The notes beneath the pieces are model-generated. The model was not told the DNA's origin. It worked only from the letters and a program-made list of their open reading frames with translations, and made no database searches. DNA of 64,000 bases from an uncultured Fibrobacteria bacterium (GTDB taxonomy: Bacteria; Fibrobacterota; Fibrobacteria; UBA11236): NCBI GenBank assembly GCA_963716395.1, contig OY970309.1, positions 320,001-384,000 on the forward strand, read 5' to 3'. Of this stretch, positions 32,764 through 42,240 are shown piece by piece. Each line of letters begins with the position of its first letter. The stretch's first letter is position 1. The position numbers and the translations under genes were made by a program.

Positions 32764-34569
32764 TCAAGGCCGGCGAGCCAGGCGCGCGATGACGAATTCG
32801 GCCCCCAGATTGCGAAACCCGCCGGCCAGCAAGGCGCGCGACAGGCCCGACCCGGGAAAGCACAGCTCCTTTTCGATGACGAAGTTTTCCCGGGCGCACA
32901 GTTCGCGGAAATCGAGCAGACTGAAGAGATGGATGTTGGGCGTTTCGTGCCAGTGGTGCGGTAACGCGCGCGTCACGGGCATGGTTCCGTGCCGGAACAG
33001 CGACAGCCGGTTGCCGATATGCCCGAAATTGGGAAAGGCCACGATGCCCTTGCGCGCCACGCGCAGCATTTCACGCAGCAAGAGGCGCGGGCGCTTCACC
33101 TCTTGCAAGGTGCGGTTGAGTACGGCATAGTCGAAGGCGCCGGCGTCGAACAGCGACAGGCCCCGGTCCACGTCGCTTTGCACCACCGGCACGTTTTTGC
33201 GCAGGCATTCCACAATCGATCCCAAATCGATTTCGATGCCGATGCCCGTGGCCCGCCGCTGCTGAAACAGCGCGTCGATGAACGATCCGTCGCCGCAGCC
33301 GATGTCGAGAATGTGGCTGTCTTTTTCGATGAGGCCGGCCAGGGCTGCGAAATCCGCCGCCGCGCGCTCCGCGGGGCGCGGCCCGATCAGAACCGGCGGT
33401 GCGGCATGGATTGCGGCGCCCGCGTAGGCCGGCCGCTCCAGAAAGCTGTGGATGACTCGCGAGAGGTGGACGACTTCCAGCAAAAAGGCGTCGTGGCCGT
33501 AAGGCGATTCGAGTTCGACCACCGAGGCGACTTTTTTCAACCGCAGCAGCACCTGCCCCAAGGCCCGGGTCTGTTCGGGGGGAAACAACCAGTCCGAAGA
33601 CAACGCCACCAGCAGGTATTCGGAGGTGGAGGCGCGAAAGGCGTTTTCCAGCGAGCCGTAGCGCGACTCCAAATCGAATTCGTCCATGGCATAGGTGATG
33701 TGCAGGTACGAATTGGCGTCGAAGCGGTGGATGAATTGCTCGCCTTGGTGGTTGAGATAACTTTCCACCTCGAATCCGGTTTCGAAACGGCCGGCGTCGG
33801 TTTTCGGCCGTTGCTGCCGCCCGAATTTCTGGTGCATGGACACGGCCGAGAGATAGGTGATGTGGCCGATCATGCGGGCATAGGCCAGACCGCGATCCGG
33901 TGTCACGCCGGTGCCGTAATAGTCTCCGCCGTGGAAATCGGGATCATTCACGATGATTTTGCGGCCGATGATTTCAAACCCCAGCGCCTGGGCCGGCAAG
34001 CCCGCCGAGGCCGCGATGCACACGCATTTGCGCACCTTACCGGGAAAGCTCACCGTCCATTGCAGCGCCTGCATGCCGCCCATGCTGCCGCCCACCACGG
34101 CTTCGAGCGTGTCGATGCCCAGATATTCGATCAGGAGCCGTTGCGCCCGCACCATGTCTTCGACCGTGATGAGCGGAAATTCCGAACCGTAAGGCCGACC
34201 CGTAGCGGGATTCACCGAGGCCGGGCCGGTGGTGCCCTTGCAGCCGCCCAGCATGTTCGAGGCGATCACGCAATAGCGGTTGGTGTCGAGCGCCTTGCCC
34301 GGGCCAATGAGATCGTCCCACCAGCCGGGCTTTTTGTCCTCGGGCGCATGCCAGCCCGCGGCATGCGCATCGGTGGTGAGCGGCGAGCAGATCAAGATGG
34401 CGTTGCTTTGCTCGCGGTTCAAGGCGCCGTAGGTTTCATAGGCGATTTCCAGACGCGGCAGGGTTTTCCCCGACACCAAAACGAATCCCCCGGGCGGCAG
34501 GGGCATTGCGGCCGTCTGGGTTTCGACCCACAGTTTGGAGTCGGAATGGGTGTGAGAGGAAGAACTCAT
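32764..34569 (-). CDS. metX: Homoserine O-acyltransferase MetX fused to a MetW-like SAM-binding domain
   Basis: GWWDDLIGPGK, VGGSMGG, SSDWLFP, YGHDAFL; then ILDIGCGDG, FPNFGH, ETPNIHL. Confidence 0.9.
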   Translation of the reverse strand: MSSSSHTHSDSKLWVETQTAAMPLPPGGFVLVSGKTLPRLEIAYETYGALNREQSNAILICSPLTTDAHAAGWHAPEDKKPGWWDDLIGPGKALDTNRYCVIASNMLGGCKGTTGPASVNPATGRPYGSEFPLITVEDMVRAQRLLIEYLGIDTLEAVVGGSMGGMQALQWTVSFPGKVRKCVCIAASAGLPAQALGFEIIGRKIIVNDPDFHGGDYYGTGVTPDRGLAYARMIGHITYLSAVSMHQKFGRQQRPKTDAGRFETGFEVESYLNHQGEQFIHRFDANSYLHITYAMDEFDLESRYGSLENAFRASTSEYLLVALSSDWLFPPEQTRALGQVLLRLKKVASVVELESPYGHDAFLLEVVHLSRVIHSFLERPAYAGAAIHAAPPVLIGPRPAERAAADFAALAGLIEKDSHILDIGCGDGSFIDALFQQRRATGIGIEIDLGSIVECLRKNVPVVQSDVDRGLSLFDAGAFDYAVLNRTLQEVKRPRLLLREMLRVARKGIVAFPNFGHIGNRLSLFRHGTMPVTRALPHHWHETPNIHLFSLLDFRELCARENFVIEKELCFPGSGLSRALLAGGFRNLGAEFVIARLARRP

Positions 34570-34671
34570 GGCGGTTTAAGAAGCCTGGAAATTTACATTA
34601 GGCCGTTTTATGGGTACCTCTCGTCCTCGGTCCGCCCCAGGCGGAGAATAACGATTTTGTGAGGTGCTTTG

Positions 34672-35592
34672 ATGCCCGAACTACCCGAGGTCGAAACCAT
34701 CCGCCGGGCGCTGGAAATGCCGCTGTGCGGCCGGCGCATCGGCGCGGCGGAATTCCGCCTACCCCGCCTGTTGCTGGCCGATGCCGCAGACACGGCCCAA
34801 CGCCTGCGCGGCCAGCGCATCGACGCGGTGCGGCGGCGGGGAAAATATTTGATCCTTGAGCTCAGCCGCGACAGCGTGATTTTTCACCTGGGCATGACCG
34901 GCCAGCTGACGGTCGCCCCGGCCCGGGCCCGGGCCGATGCACGCTTTGTAACCACCGTCACGGGTTTGCAAAAAGCCCTGGGCGCGCATCCGGTCGACGC
35001 GCATACGCACGCGCTGATTCATCTCGACGATGGCAGCCGCCTGCAATTCCGCGACCCGCGCACTTTCGGGAAAATCCTTTTCGTTCCGGGTCGCGGTTGG
35101 TCCAGCCACGCCCGCTTGCGCAAGCTGGGCCCCGAGCCCTTGGATCTTTCCGTGGCGACCTTCGTGTCGCGGCATTTTCCCGCCGCCTCGCGCCGTCCCG
35201 TCAAGGCGCTGTTGCTGGATCAAACCTTTCTGGCCGGCGTGGGAAACATCTATGCCGATGAGGCCCTGTTTGCCGCGGGATTGCATCCGCAGGCGCCGGT
35301 GCATACGCTGACGCGGGAAAACGGGCTGGAATTGCTGCGGGCCGTCAAAAACGCCTTGCGCCAAGGCATCCGCCACCAAGGCACCAGCTTTTCCGATTAT
35401 CGCAAGCCGGATGGTTCTTTGGGCCGCCATTACGAACATCTCAAGGCATACGGCCGCGGCGATCAACCATGTTTGCGTTGCGGAACCTTGCTGGTGAAAA
35501 CCGTGGTGGCGCAGCGGGGAAGCGTGTTCTGTCCGCGCTGCCAGCCGGTGCCATCCGGAAAGGCGAATTTTTCGCGGCTGGGGCGCCGATGA
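34672..35592 (+). CDS. mutM: Formamidopyrimidine-DNA glycosylase
   Basis: MPELPEVE, RRGKYL, HLGMTG, DPRTFG, GVGNIYADE, C-terminal zinc finger. Confidence 0.96.
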   Translation: MPELPEVETIRRALEMPLCGRRIGAAEFRLPRLLLADAADTAQRLRGQRIDAVRRRGKYLILELSRDSVIFHLGMTGQLTVAPARARADARFVTTVTGLQKALGAHPVDAHTHALIHLDDGSRLQFRDPRTFGKILFVPGRGWSSHARLRKLGPEPLDLSVATFVSRHFPAASRRPVKALLLDQTFLAGVGNIYADEALFAAGLHPQAPVHTLTRENGLELLRAVKNALRQGIRHQGTSFSDYRKPDGSLGRHYEHLKAYGRGDQPCLRCGTLLVKTVVAQRGSVFCPRCQPVPSGKANFSRLGRR

Positions 35593-35596
35593 CTTT

Positions 35597-35944
35597 TCAG
35601 GCCGACGGACCCGAGGCGGCGGACTCCAACGCTTTCAAGCAATAATTGTTGATGCTTTCCCCATTTTGCCAAGCCTTGATGGCGAGCGTCCGATGCAACT
35701 CCTTGCCCGTTCGCAACAGGAATTTTCCGGAATAACTTTTCCCGGCCGTAGCGACCGGCAGCGGCTTTTTATCCTGTCTATAAAGGGTCAGCGCTTCTTC
35801 CACGGCTCGGCACAGCTCGGCGTAAACCTTGGCTTCGTCCTTCCCGTGCACTCCACCGCGCAACAATCCCGGGCAAACCCCCACGTAACAGCCGTCTGTT
35901 TCGGACCATTCCACGATTTTGAGGTATCGATCGGCTTGTTTCAT
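35597..35944 (-). CDS. hicB: HicB antitoxin with C-terminal RHH domain
   Basis: VEWSETDGCYVGVCPGL; YSGKFLLR...LHRTLA...SINNY. Confidence 0.88.
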   Translation of the reverse strand: MKQADRYLKIVEWSETDGCYVGVCPGLLRGGVHGKDEAKVYAELCRAVEEALTLYRQDKKPLPVATAGKSYSGKFLLRTGKELHRTLAIKAWQNGESINNYCLKALESAASGPSA

Positions 35945-36138
35945 ACTTGGCTCTCCTCAATGGCTTCGCGTACCGCCTTCTCCTGATAGCGCTTGGCGTC
36001 CTCTCCCGGGCCGCCGGAAATCGTCACCGGTTCCCGGCATTTCGGATGGGTGAAATTGCGATGGCTTCCCTTGCCGCCGCGATCCGCGAATCCCGCCCGC
36101 AACAAATCGGCGATGAGTTGGCGGACTTTGCGCGGCAC
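35941..36138 (-). CDS. hicA: HicA toxin
   Basis: L..AGF..GKGSHRNFTHP, VTISG, AKRYQ. Confidence 0.88.
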   Translation of the reverse strand: MPRKVRQLIADLLRAGFADRGGKGSHRNFTHPKCREPVTISGGPGEDAKRYQEKAVREAIEESQV

Positions 36139-36145
36139 AAAACTT

Positions 36146-36174
36146 ATGATACTATAATAGTACCACTATTGCAA
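36146..36174 (-). promoter_or_regulatory. Sigma70-like hicAB promoter with a palindromic operator
   Basis: TTGCAA-N17-TATCAT on the minus strand; TACTAT-A-ATAGTA palindrome at 36150-36162. Confidence 0.7.
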
Positions 36175-36323
36175 CCCCGCGCGGCCCTGCGCAACGGCGC
36201 GGTGGAATCATTTCGAAGCTCCAAAAACCCAGATCACCCCCGGGGAAAAACGGGTACTATACCCATGCCGAAGGAGGATTCCGGCGGCCATCAACCGGTC
36301 TATCCGACCGAGGGAGGGGGAAC

Positions 36324-38045
36324 GTGTCCGTTACCAGACTCGCTTTGATGTTCGCCTGCGCCGGGGCGACACAGGCGGCGGGGACGTGGACGCAGGTCAC
36401 AGCCCCGGGACCGCATGATTACGCAGGGCAGATGAATCTGCTTTCCGATGGAACCGTCATGGCCAAAACCACCTTCGGAGGCGACAGCGTCGGCAGCGTC
36501 TGGGATCACCTGTACCCCAATGCCCAAGGCAGCTATGTCGGCGGCTCCTGGACCACGGAAATTCCCGCCATGTACGACACGCGTACTGATTTTTCCTCGC
36601 AGTTGCTGAGGGACGGGCGCTTGTACGTGGCCGGAGGAGAATACGGCACGGGCGGATCGGCCGGTGAGATATACGATCCCCTGACCAACCTGTGGACACG
36701 CACGCCCGCGCCCGGAGCCAAAGTGGGCGACGCCTGCTCGGAAATTCTGCCCGACGGCAAAGTTTTGCAGTCGCTGACGGGCACGGGCACGCATACGGTG
36801 ATTTGGGATCCCGCCTCCAACACGTATGCCCCGGGACCTTCCACCCTCGGAAATTTCGACGAAGCCGCCTGGGTGAAACTTCCGGACCAGAGCATTCTGC
36901 AAGTGGATTTCAACAGCCGGAATTCGGAGCGGTATATCCCGGCGCAGAACCAATGGGTTACCGATGCCCAGGTTCCGGTTAGCCTTTACGATCCCTACGG
37001 CACCGAATCCGGAGCGGCCCTGCTTTTGCCCAATGGGAAGGCGTTTTTTCTCGGTTCACCGGGAACCACGGCGATTTACACCCCGTCGGGAAACGCGAGC
37101 CCGGGAACTTGGGCGGCGGGGCCCGCCATCCCCGACAACCAGGGGACTCCGGATGCTCCGGCGGCCATGATGGTCAACGGCAAAATCCTCTGCGCCGTTT
37201 CCCCCATCCCGACCACGGCCAATCACTTTCCGCCGCCCATCTCCTATTACGAATATGATGATGTCGCCAACGCCTTCACCCGGGTGAGCGCGCCCGGCGG
37301 AGGCATGACGCGCAATGCGGGAAGTTATGTCGCCAATATGCTGGCCTTGCCCAATGGGCAGATTCTGTACTCGGAGCAGGGCATCCGCAACTATTACGTC
37401 TACACCCCGGACGGCTCGACGCTGGCCGCGGGAAAACCCGCCATCACGCGCATCGACCACGGCGGGAGCGATTGCAACTCCGGGTATACCATCACGGGAA
37501 CCCAGTTCAACGGCATCAGCGAAGGCGCGGCCTACGGGGACGACGAGCAGATGAACACCAATTACCCCATCCTTCGGCTGACCTCCGGAAGCGATGTCTA
37601 TTATGCGCGCACCTTCAACTGGAACAGCACCGGCGTGCAGCGCGGCAGCGAGCCGGACACGGCCGCCTTCACGCTGCCCTCGGACTTGCCCATGCAGACG
37701 GCGTATTCCCTGGTGGTTTCGGCCAACGGCATCGCTTCGGATCCGGTCGACTTCACGCCCTGCGCCCCGACCTTGCTTGCCGCTCACGCTATGCAAGCGG
37801 GACTGCAAGGGTTTTCGATCCGGGCCGTGGGCTCGACGCTCCAACTTCGTTTTCAATGGAACGCCAGCGGTCCCACGCGCATGCGGCTGGCCACCCTTGA
37901 CGGCAGGATTCTCTACCAGGAAAACTTTGCGGGCTCGGGTCTGTACACACGGTCCCTCGATAGGAGCCGGTGGGAAAAAGGTGTTTATGTGTTTGCCGTG
38001 AGCGATGCGCGAAGTCAAATCTCCCGGAGACTGGTCATTCCATAA
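36324..38045 (+). CDS. Secreted Kelch-like beta-propeller protein with Ig-like and C-terminal sorting-like domains
   Basis: Signal peptide; repeated LL.DG.V/LLPNGK blades; TLDGRILY...KGVYVF...SRRLVI C-terminus. Confidence 0.75.
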   Translation: MSVTRLALMFACAGATQAAGTWTQVTAPGPHDYAGQMNLLSDGTVMAKTTFGGDSVGSVWDHLYPNAQGSYVGGSWTTEIPAMYDTRTDFSSQLLRDGRLYVAGGEYGTGGSAGEIYDPLTNLWTRTPAPGAKVGDACSEILPDGKVLQSLTGTGTHTVIWDPASNTYAPGPSTLGNFDEAAWVKLPDQSILQVDFNSRNSERYIPAQNQWVTDAQVPVSLYDPYGTESGAALLLPNGKAFFLGSPGTTAIYTPSGNASPGTWAAGPAIPDNQGTPDAPAAMMVNGKILCAVSPIPTTANHFPPPISYYEYDDVANAFTRVSAPGGGMTRNAGSYVANMLALPNGQILYSEQGIRNYYVYTPDGSTLAAGKPAITRIDHGGSDCNSGYTITGTQFNGISEGAAYGDDEQMNTNYPILRLTSGSDVYYARTFNWNSTGVQRGSEPDTAAFTLPSDLPMQTAYSLVVSANGIASDPVDFTPCAPTLLAAHAMQAGLQGFSIRAVGSTLQLRFQWNASGPTRMRLATLDGRILYQENFAGSGLYTRSLDRSRWEKGVYVFAVSDARSQISRRLVIP

Positions 38046-38137
38046 ACGGCGCGGCGGCAATTCGCGTGCCAAGGTTGCAGCGAGAATCCACCGCTGGCGG
38101 ATGGACAAATCGCGGCGGCGGAGGCATACTTGAAAGC

Positions 38138-38467
38138 ATGCTGGATCACGCCGCAAACGTGGAGAAGGCCATCTTGGCGCACCTCGACAATCCCGATTCG
38201 GTGTTGATCCGGCGCGTGACGCGCAACAATCAGATTTGGCTGCACAACTACAAAGTCGAAACCGACAAAACCTGTCGCTGCCAGCTTCCGGGCTGTTCCA
38301 ACGCCTTCATCGTCACCTTGATTCCCAACCAGGTCGTGTATCCGAAATATTGCCCCGGGCACCGCAACGAATTCCGGCGCTCCCGGTTCCGTCGCGCCGC
38401 CGAAGGAATTTTCGTCAACTCCGTGACAGTCATAACATCATTGTCGCCCGTCGACGCCACACCGTGA
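38138..38467 (+). CDS. Hypothetical small protein with a putative Zn-binding C-x4-C...C-x2-H motif
   Basis: CQLPGC...YPKYCPGHR; stop overlaps the next start (GTGA). Confidence 0.6.
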   Translation: MLDHAANVEKAILAHLDNPDSVLIRRVTRNNQIWLHNYKVETDKTCRCQLPGCSNAFIVTLIPNQVVYPKYCPGHRNEFRRSRFRRAAEGIFVNSVTVITSLSPVDATP

Positions 38468-39105
38468 TCCCGCTTTCCGCGCTGCTCTCCCGCGCCGGGC
38501 GGTTCGGGGGCGTGCAAGCGGGCTTGGCCTGGCTGCGCACCCTGCGCGTGGACTTCGGCGATTCGCCCCGGCCGGGCGCCTCGGGCCTGCTCGCGCTCTG
38601 GCACGAGCAACTGCTCTTGTGCCTACCCGCCTTCACCCATTTGCGCCTGCGGGCCCTGGTATCGCGCAGCCGCGACGGCGCCTGGGCCGCCGCCCTGTGC
38701 CGCGGTTTGGGCTATGAAACGGCGCGCGGCTCCAGTAGCCGCGGCGGCGCCGCGGCCTTGCGGTCTTTAGCGCGCGATCTCGAATCCCGCGGCGGTTGGG
38801 CCGCGGTGGTGGTCGACGGCCCGCAGGGTCCGCCTCGCCGCTGCAAGCCCGGCGTCGTATGGCTGGCGCGCCGCACCGGATTACCGATCACCGTGGTTGC
38901 GGGGACTGCGTCGCCGTCGGGTCGAGCCGGCAGTTGGGACGGCTGCGTAATCCCCGCGCCGTTCGCGCGCGTGCGCCTGCGGCTGGCCGCACCCTGCCGG
39001 CCCGAAACGACGGACGACTTGGACGCCTTGATGGCGGCCCATGCCGCCGGCCGGGCGGCCGGACCGATTCGGACCGGGACCACTAGTAACCTGCGAGATA
39101 CTTAG
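38464..39105 (+). CDS. DUF374 / lysophospholipid-acyltransferase-like protein
   Basis: W..TLR, ALWHEQ, LVSRSRDG, RGSSSRGG, DGPQGP, SWD...P.PF. Confidence 0.82.
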   Translation: MIPLSALLSRAGRFGGVQAGLAWLRTLRVDFGDSPRPGASGLLALWHEQLLLCLPAFTHLRLRALVSRSRDGAWAAALCRGLGYETARGSSSRGGAAALRSLARDLESRGGWAAVVVDGPQGPPRRCKPGVVWLARRTGLPITVVAGTASPSGRAGSWDGCVIPAPFARVRLRLAAPCRPETTDDLDALMAAHAAGRAAGPIRTGTTSNLRDT

Positions 39106-39184
39106 GCGTGAGGGCCCGGCTGCGCACGGCGGGAGAATCCGCGGCGAGGCTTTTTTACTTTTCCGCACCGGACCCGGAGGCACT

Positions 39185-39826
39185 GTGATTCCATTTGTGA
39201 CATTCGTGGCATTCGATATCGAAACCACGGGCCTCGATCCCGACCGGGAAGACGTGGTGGAAGTGGCCGGCGCGCGCTTTACCCTGGAGCGCCGCAACGG
39301 CCGACTGGCCGCCAAAGAGCTGGGGCAATTCCAAAGCCTGGTCAAACCGACCAAGCTGATTCCCGACGAAGCCGTGCGCATCCACAACATCACCAATGCC
39401 ATGGTCGAGAACGCCCCGGATCTCAAGCCGACCTTACAAAGCTTTTTCCGGTTCTGCGGTCTGAGCTCGGTGCTGGTCGCGCACAACGCCGCCTTCGACG
39501 CCGGGTTCCTGGGCAAGGCCATCCGCAAATACGGCCTGGTGATGCCGCAAAACCCGATTGTCGACAGCCTCAAGCTGGTGCGCAAAATCCTGCCCGAATA
39601 CACCTCGCACCGTCTGGGCGAAGTGGCGCGCCGACTCGGCGATCAAACCGACCTCTCACTGCAAGCCGGCGATCTGCACCGCGCGGCCTATGATTGCAAG
39701 GTGTTGATGGAGGTGCTGTGCGCCTGCCTGCGCAAGCGCTACCAGGACAAGGATCTAGCCATGGATCAGGCGGTCAAGTCGTTGGAAAGCGTGAGCCCGG
39801 TTCTGCGTTTCGCCCAATTCGCCTGA
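39185..39826 (+). CDS. DEDDh 3'-5' exonuclease (DnaQ-like)
   Basis: FDIETTG, AHNAAFD, HRAAYDC. Confidence 0.88.
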   Translation: MIPFVTFVAFDIETTGLDPDREDVVEVAGARFTLERRNGRLAAKELGQFQSLVKPTKLIPDEAVRIHNITNAMVENAPDLKPTLQSFFRFCGLSSVLVAHNAAFDAGFLGKAIRKYGLVMPQNPIVDSLKLVRKILPEYTSHRLGEVARRLGDQTDLSLQAGDLHRAAYDCKVLMEVLCACLRKRYQDKDLAMDQAVKSLESVSPVLRFAQFA

Positions 39827-39849
39827 GCGCCGACCGGAAATCGAAAACC

Positions 39850-40077
39850 TTATTTCAGGGCCTGTGCCTGCTCCAGGGCCGCTTCGATGCCATTCTTGGC
39901 GATAAAGCGCATGCCGGCGCTGCTGACCTTCAATGTCACCCATTTTTTTTGCGAGGGCACCCAAAAGCGTTTTTTATGCAGATTCACCTCGAAAAATTTC
40001 CGGGTATGGTTCATGGCGTGGGAAACCTGATTCCCTTTTTGGCGTTTCTTGCCGGTCACATCGCAGATACGGCTCAT
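39850..40077 (-). CDS. rpmB: 50S ribosomal protein L28
   Basis: MSRICDVTGK..GNQVSHA..TRK.F.VNL. Confidence 0.95.
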   Translation of the reverse strand: MSRICDVTGKKRQKGNQVSHAMNHTRKFFEVNLHKKRFWVPSQKKWVTLKVSSAGMRFIAKNGIEAALEQAQALK

Positions 40078-40163
40078 GGTTGCCTCGTTCGTATCAAAAA
40101 AAACCTTGGGGCAGCGAAGTTAATAAAAGTCGCCATGGGCCCCAAGTCCGGGTTGGGGAAAGT

Positions 40164-41261
40164 TTAGCCTGCAACCGGCCATCCCAGCAGGCGCAAGAAG
40201 CGGGAAACCCCGGGTGCTTCCCGGGGAGCTTGGCGCATTTCCGCTGCTCGGACCAAATACGCCTGCATCCGCATTTCCTTCAATTCCTCCAAAGGAATTT
40301 CCAGACCCAAACCGCCGTCTTCCACCACCTCCTTCAAGAGGGCGTGTTCGGCGAAGTCGCGTCGCGGCACGAACAAAACCGGCGTGCCATGCGTCAAGGT
40401 TTCAGCCACCAAGCCGTATCCCAGCTTACCCAAAACCAAATCCACGCTGGCGGTCAGATCGGCGTAACGCAACGACGGATCTTTTTCGAAGCGGTGGTAG
40501 TTGGGTGACGCACCCTCCAGCGGGTACAGACCCAGAAACTCCCAGTCGGCGAAGTCGCCCAGCCGTTCCCAATGCGCCCCCTCGAAGCCGTAATTTCCCA
40601 GATAGATTAGGCACCACTTTTTGCCGGGGTCGAGACCCAGGCGGCGGGCCAGCGCAGGGCGCTGTGGGTGGCCCGGCCGGCACACGATACCCAATTCAAA
40701 CACCGTACCGGTCAAGGCTGCGCCGAAACCAGGCGCGAGCCGCAGCAGCGCCCCGGCTTCGGCGTAATCGGCGCGCATGCTCTCCAGCAGGGGGCGGTAG
40801 GCGGGCCGCGCCACGACGTAGTCGGCATAAATGTCGACCCAGGAGAAGTTGCCAATCGCCAGCGAGGGCAGACCGGCGCGTTGGGCCAAGGGAAAAGCCA
40901 GCGGGGGAATGTCGGCGATCACGAGATCGACGCCATCGGCGCGCAGGCGTTCGGCCAAGGGCGGCAGCAAGGCGTCGCGCCGCGCGTCGATGTCCGCGTA
41001 ACGTTCCAAAGTGGCGTCGATGTCCACCGAGGTGGAATCGCGTTGCACGCAACCGCAGTCCAGCGCGCAGGCGATGCGGCGGAAAGGCCGGGCCAACTCT
41101 TCGCGGAAAAACGACGCGGGCAGCTCCGTGTACAGATCGATTTCGGTTGCTTGCGGGATGGCTTGCATCAGCGCCGCGGCACGCACGCCGTGTCCGAAGC
41201 CATGGGCCGTCAAAAACCAGGCGATATGCCGCGGCGGATGCGGAAGAAAAGGAGGTTTCAA
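40164..41261 (-). CDS. GT-B fold glycosyltransferase-like protein (resembles the L-arabinokinase N-terminal domain)
   Basis: TAHGFGHGVR, ADIPP, NFSWVDIY, DLVLGKLGYG, RRDFAE. Confidence 0.72.
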   Translation of the reverse strand: MKPPFLPHPPRHIAWFLTAHGFGHGVRAAALMQAIPQATEIDLYTELPASFFREELARPFRRIACALDCGCVQRDSTSVDIDATLERYADIDARRDALLPPLAERLRADGVDLVIADIPPLAFPLAQRAGLPSLAIGNFSWVDIYADYVVARPAYRPLLESMRADYAEAGALLRLAPGFGAALTGTVFELGIVCRPGHPQRPALARRLGLDPGKKWCLIYLGNYGFEGAHWERLGDFADWEFLGLYPLEGASPNYHRFEKDPSLRYADLTASVDLVLGKLGYGLVAETLTHGTPVLFVPRRDFAEHALLKEVVEDGGLGLEIPLEELKEMRMQAYLVRAAEMRQAPREAPGVSRFLRLLGWPVAG

Positions 41262-42190
41262 ACTTCGGCGAGAATTTCAGGCAGCGAAAAGCGCACCTTT
41301 TCTTCCATCAACACATAGTCTTCGGCCGCCGTGCCCGGAAACTCCCGCTGGATCCACCGCACCACGTCCTGCACCAGATCTTCCGGAGCCGAGGCGCCGG
41401 AAGAAATGCCGATATTGGCCACGTCGTCGAACCATTCGCGCCTTATATCCTCGGGACCGTCGATGAGATAAGACGGCTTGCCCAGGCGCTTGCCCAGTTC
41501 GCATAACCGGTTGCTGTTCGAACTGTTTTTCGATCCGATCACCAGCAACAAATCCGCCCGCTCGGCGATTTCCATCACCGCGCTTTGCCGATTGGTGGTG
41601 GCATAACAGAGATCGCCTTTTTCCGGCCCTTCGATGTGCGGATAGCGCCGCTTCAACGCTTCGATGATGTCCCGGGTCTCTTCGATGGAAAGAGTGGTTT
41701 GCGTGGTATAGGCCAAGGCGTCGTCGGGCCAATCCGGCAGCCGCTCCACATCCTCCACGCCTTCGACCAGCACCATGTTCCCGTCCTCGAGCTGACCCAT
41801 AGTGCCGATGACTTCGGGATGCCCACTATGTCCGATCAGGATAATGCGGCGCTGGCGTTTGCTGTGCCGTTGCACGGAAGAGTGCACCTTCTTCACCAAC
41901 GGGCAGGTGGCGTCGACGGCCAACAATTTGCGGTCTTCGGATTGACGGTACACGCTCATGGGAACGCCATGGGCGCTGAAGATGGCCACCGATCCGACGG
42001 GAATCTCCTTGAGATCTTCCACGAACACGGCGCCTTTTTCCTGCAAACGCGAAACCACGGCTTGGTTGTGGACGATTTCATGGCGTACGAAAACCGGCGC
42101 GCCGAATTTCTCCAGGGCTTTTTCAACGATGCTGATGGCGCGTTGCACTCCGGCACAAAAGCCTCGGGGTGAAGCCAGATAAATTTGCAT
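41258..42190 (-). CDS. ispH: 4-hydroxy-3-methylbut-2-enyl diphosphate reductase
   Basis: PRGFCAGV, HEIVHN, DATCPLV, GHPEV, QTTLS, CYATTNRQ, SSNSNRL. Confidence 0.97.
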   Translation of the reverse strand: MQIYLASPRGFCAGVQRAISIVEKALEKFGAPVFVRHEIVHNQAVVSRLQEKGAVFVEDLKEIPVGSVAIFSAHGVPMSVYRQSEDRKLLAVDATCPLVKKVHSSVQRHSKRQRRIILIGHSGHPEVIGTMGQLEDGNMVLVEGVEDVERLPDWPDDALAYTTQTTLSIEETRDIIEALKRRYPHIEGPEKGDLCYATTNRQSAVMEIAERADLLLVIGSKNSSNSNRLCELGKRLGKPSYLIDGPEDIRREWFDDVANIGISSGASAPEDLVQDVVRWIQREFPGTAAEDYVLMEEKVRFSLPEILAEV

Positions 42191-42240
42191 GTCTCAATTA
42201 TAAGTCAAAAGGCTTGGGATGATGGGCGGCCAAGCAGGCG

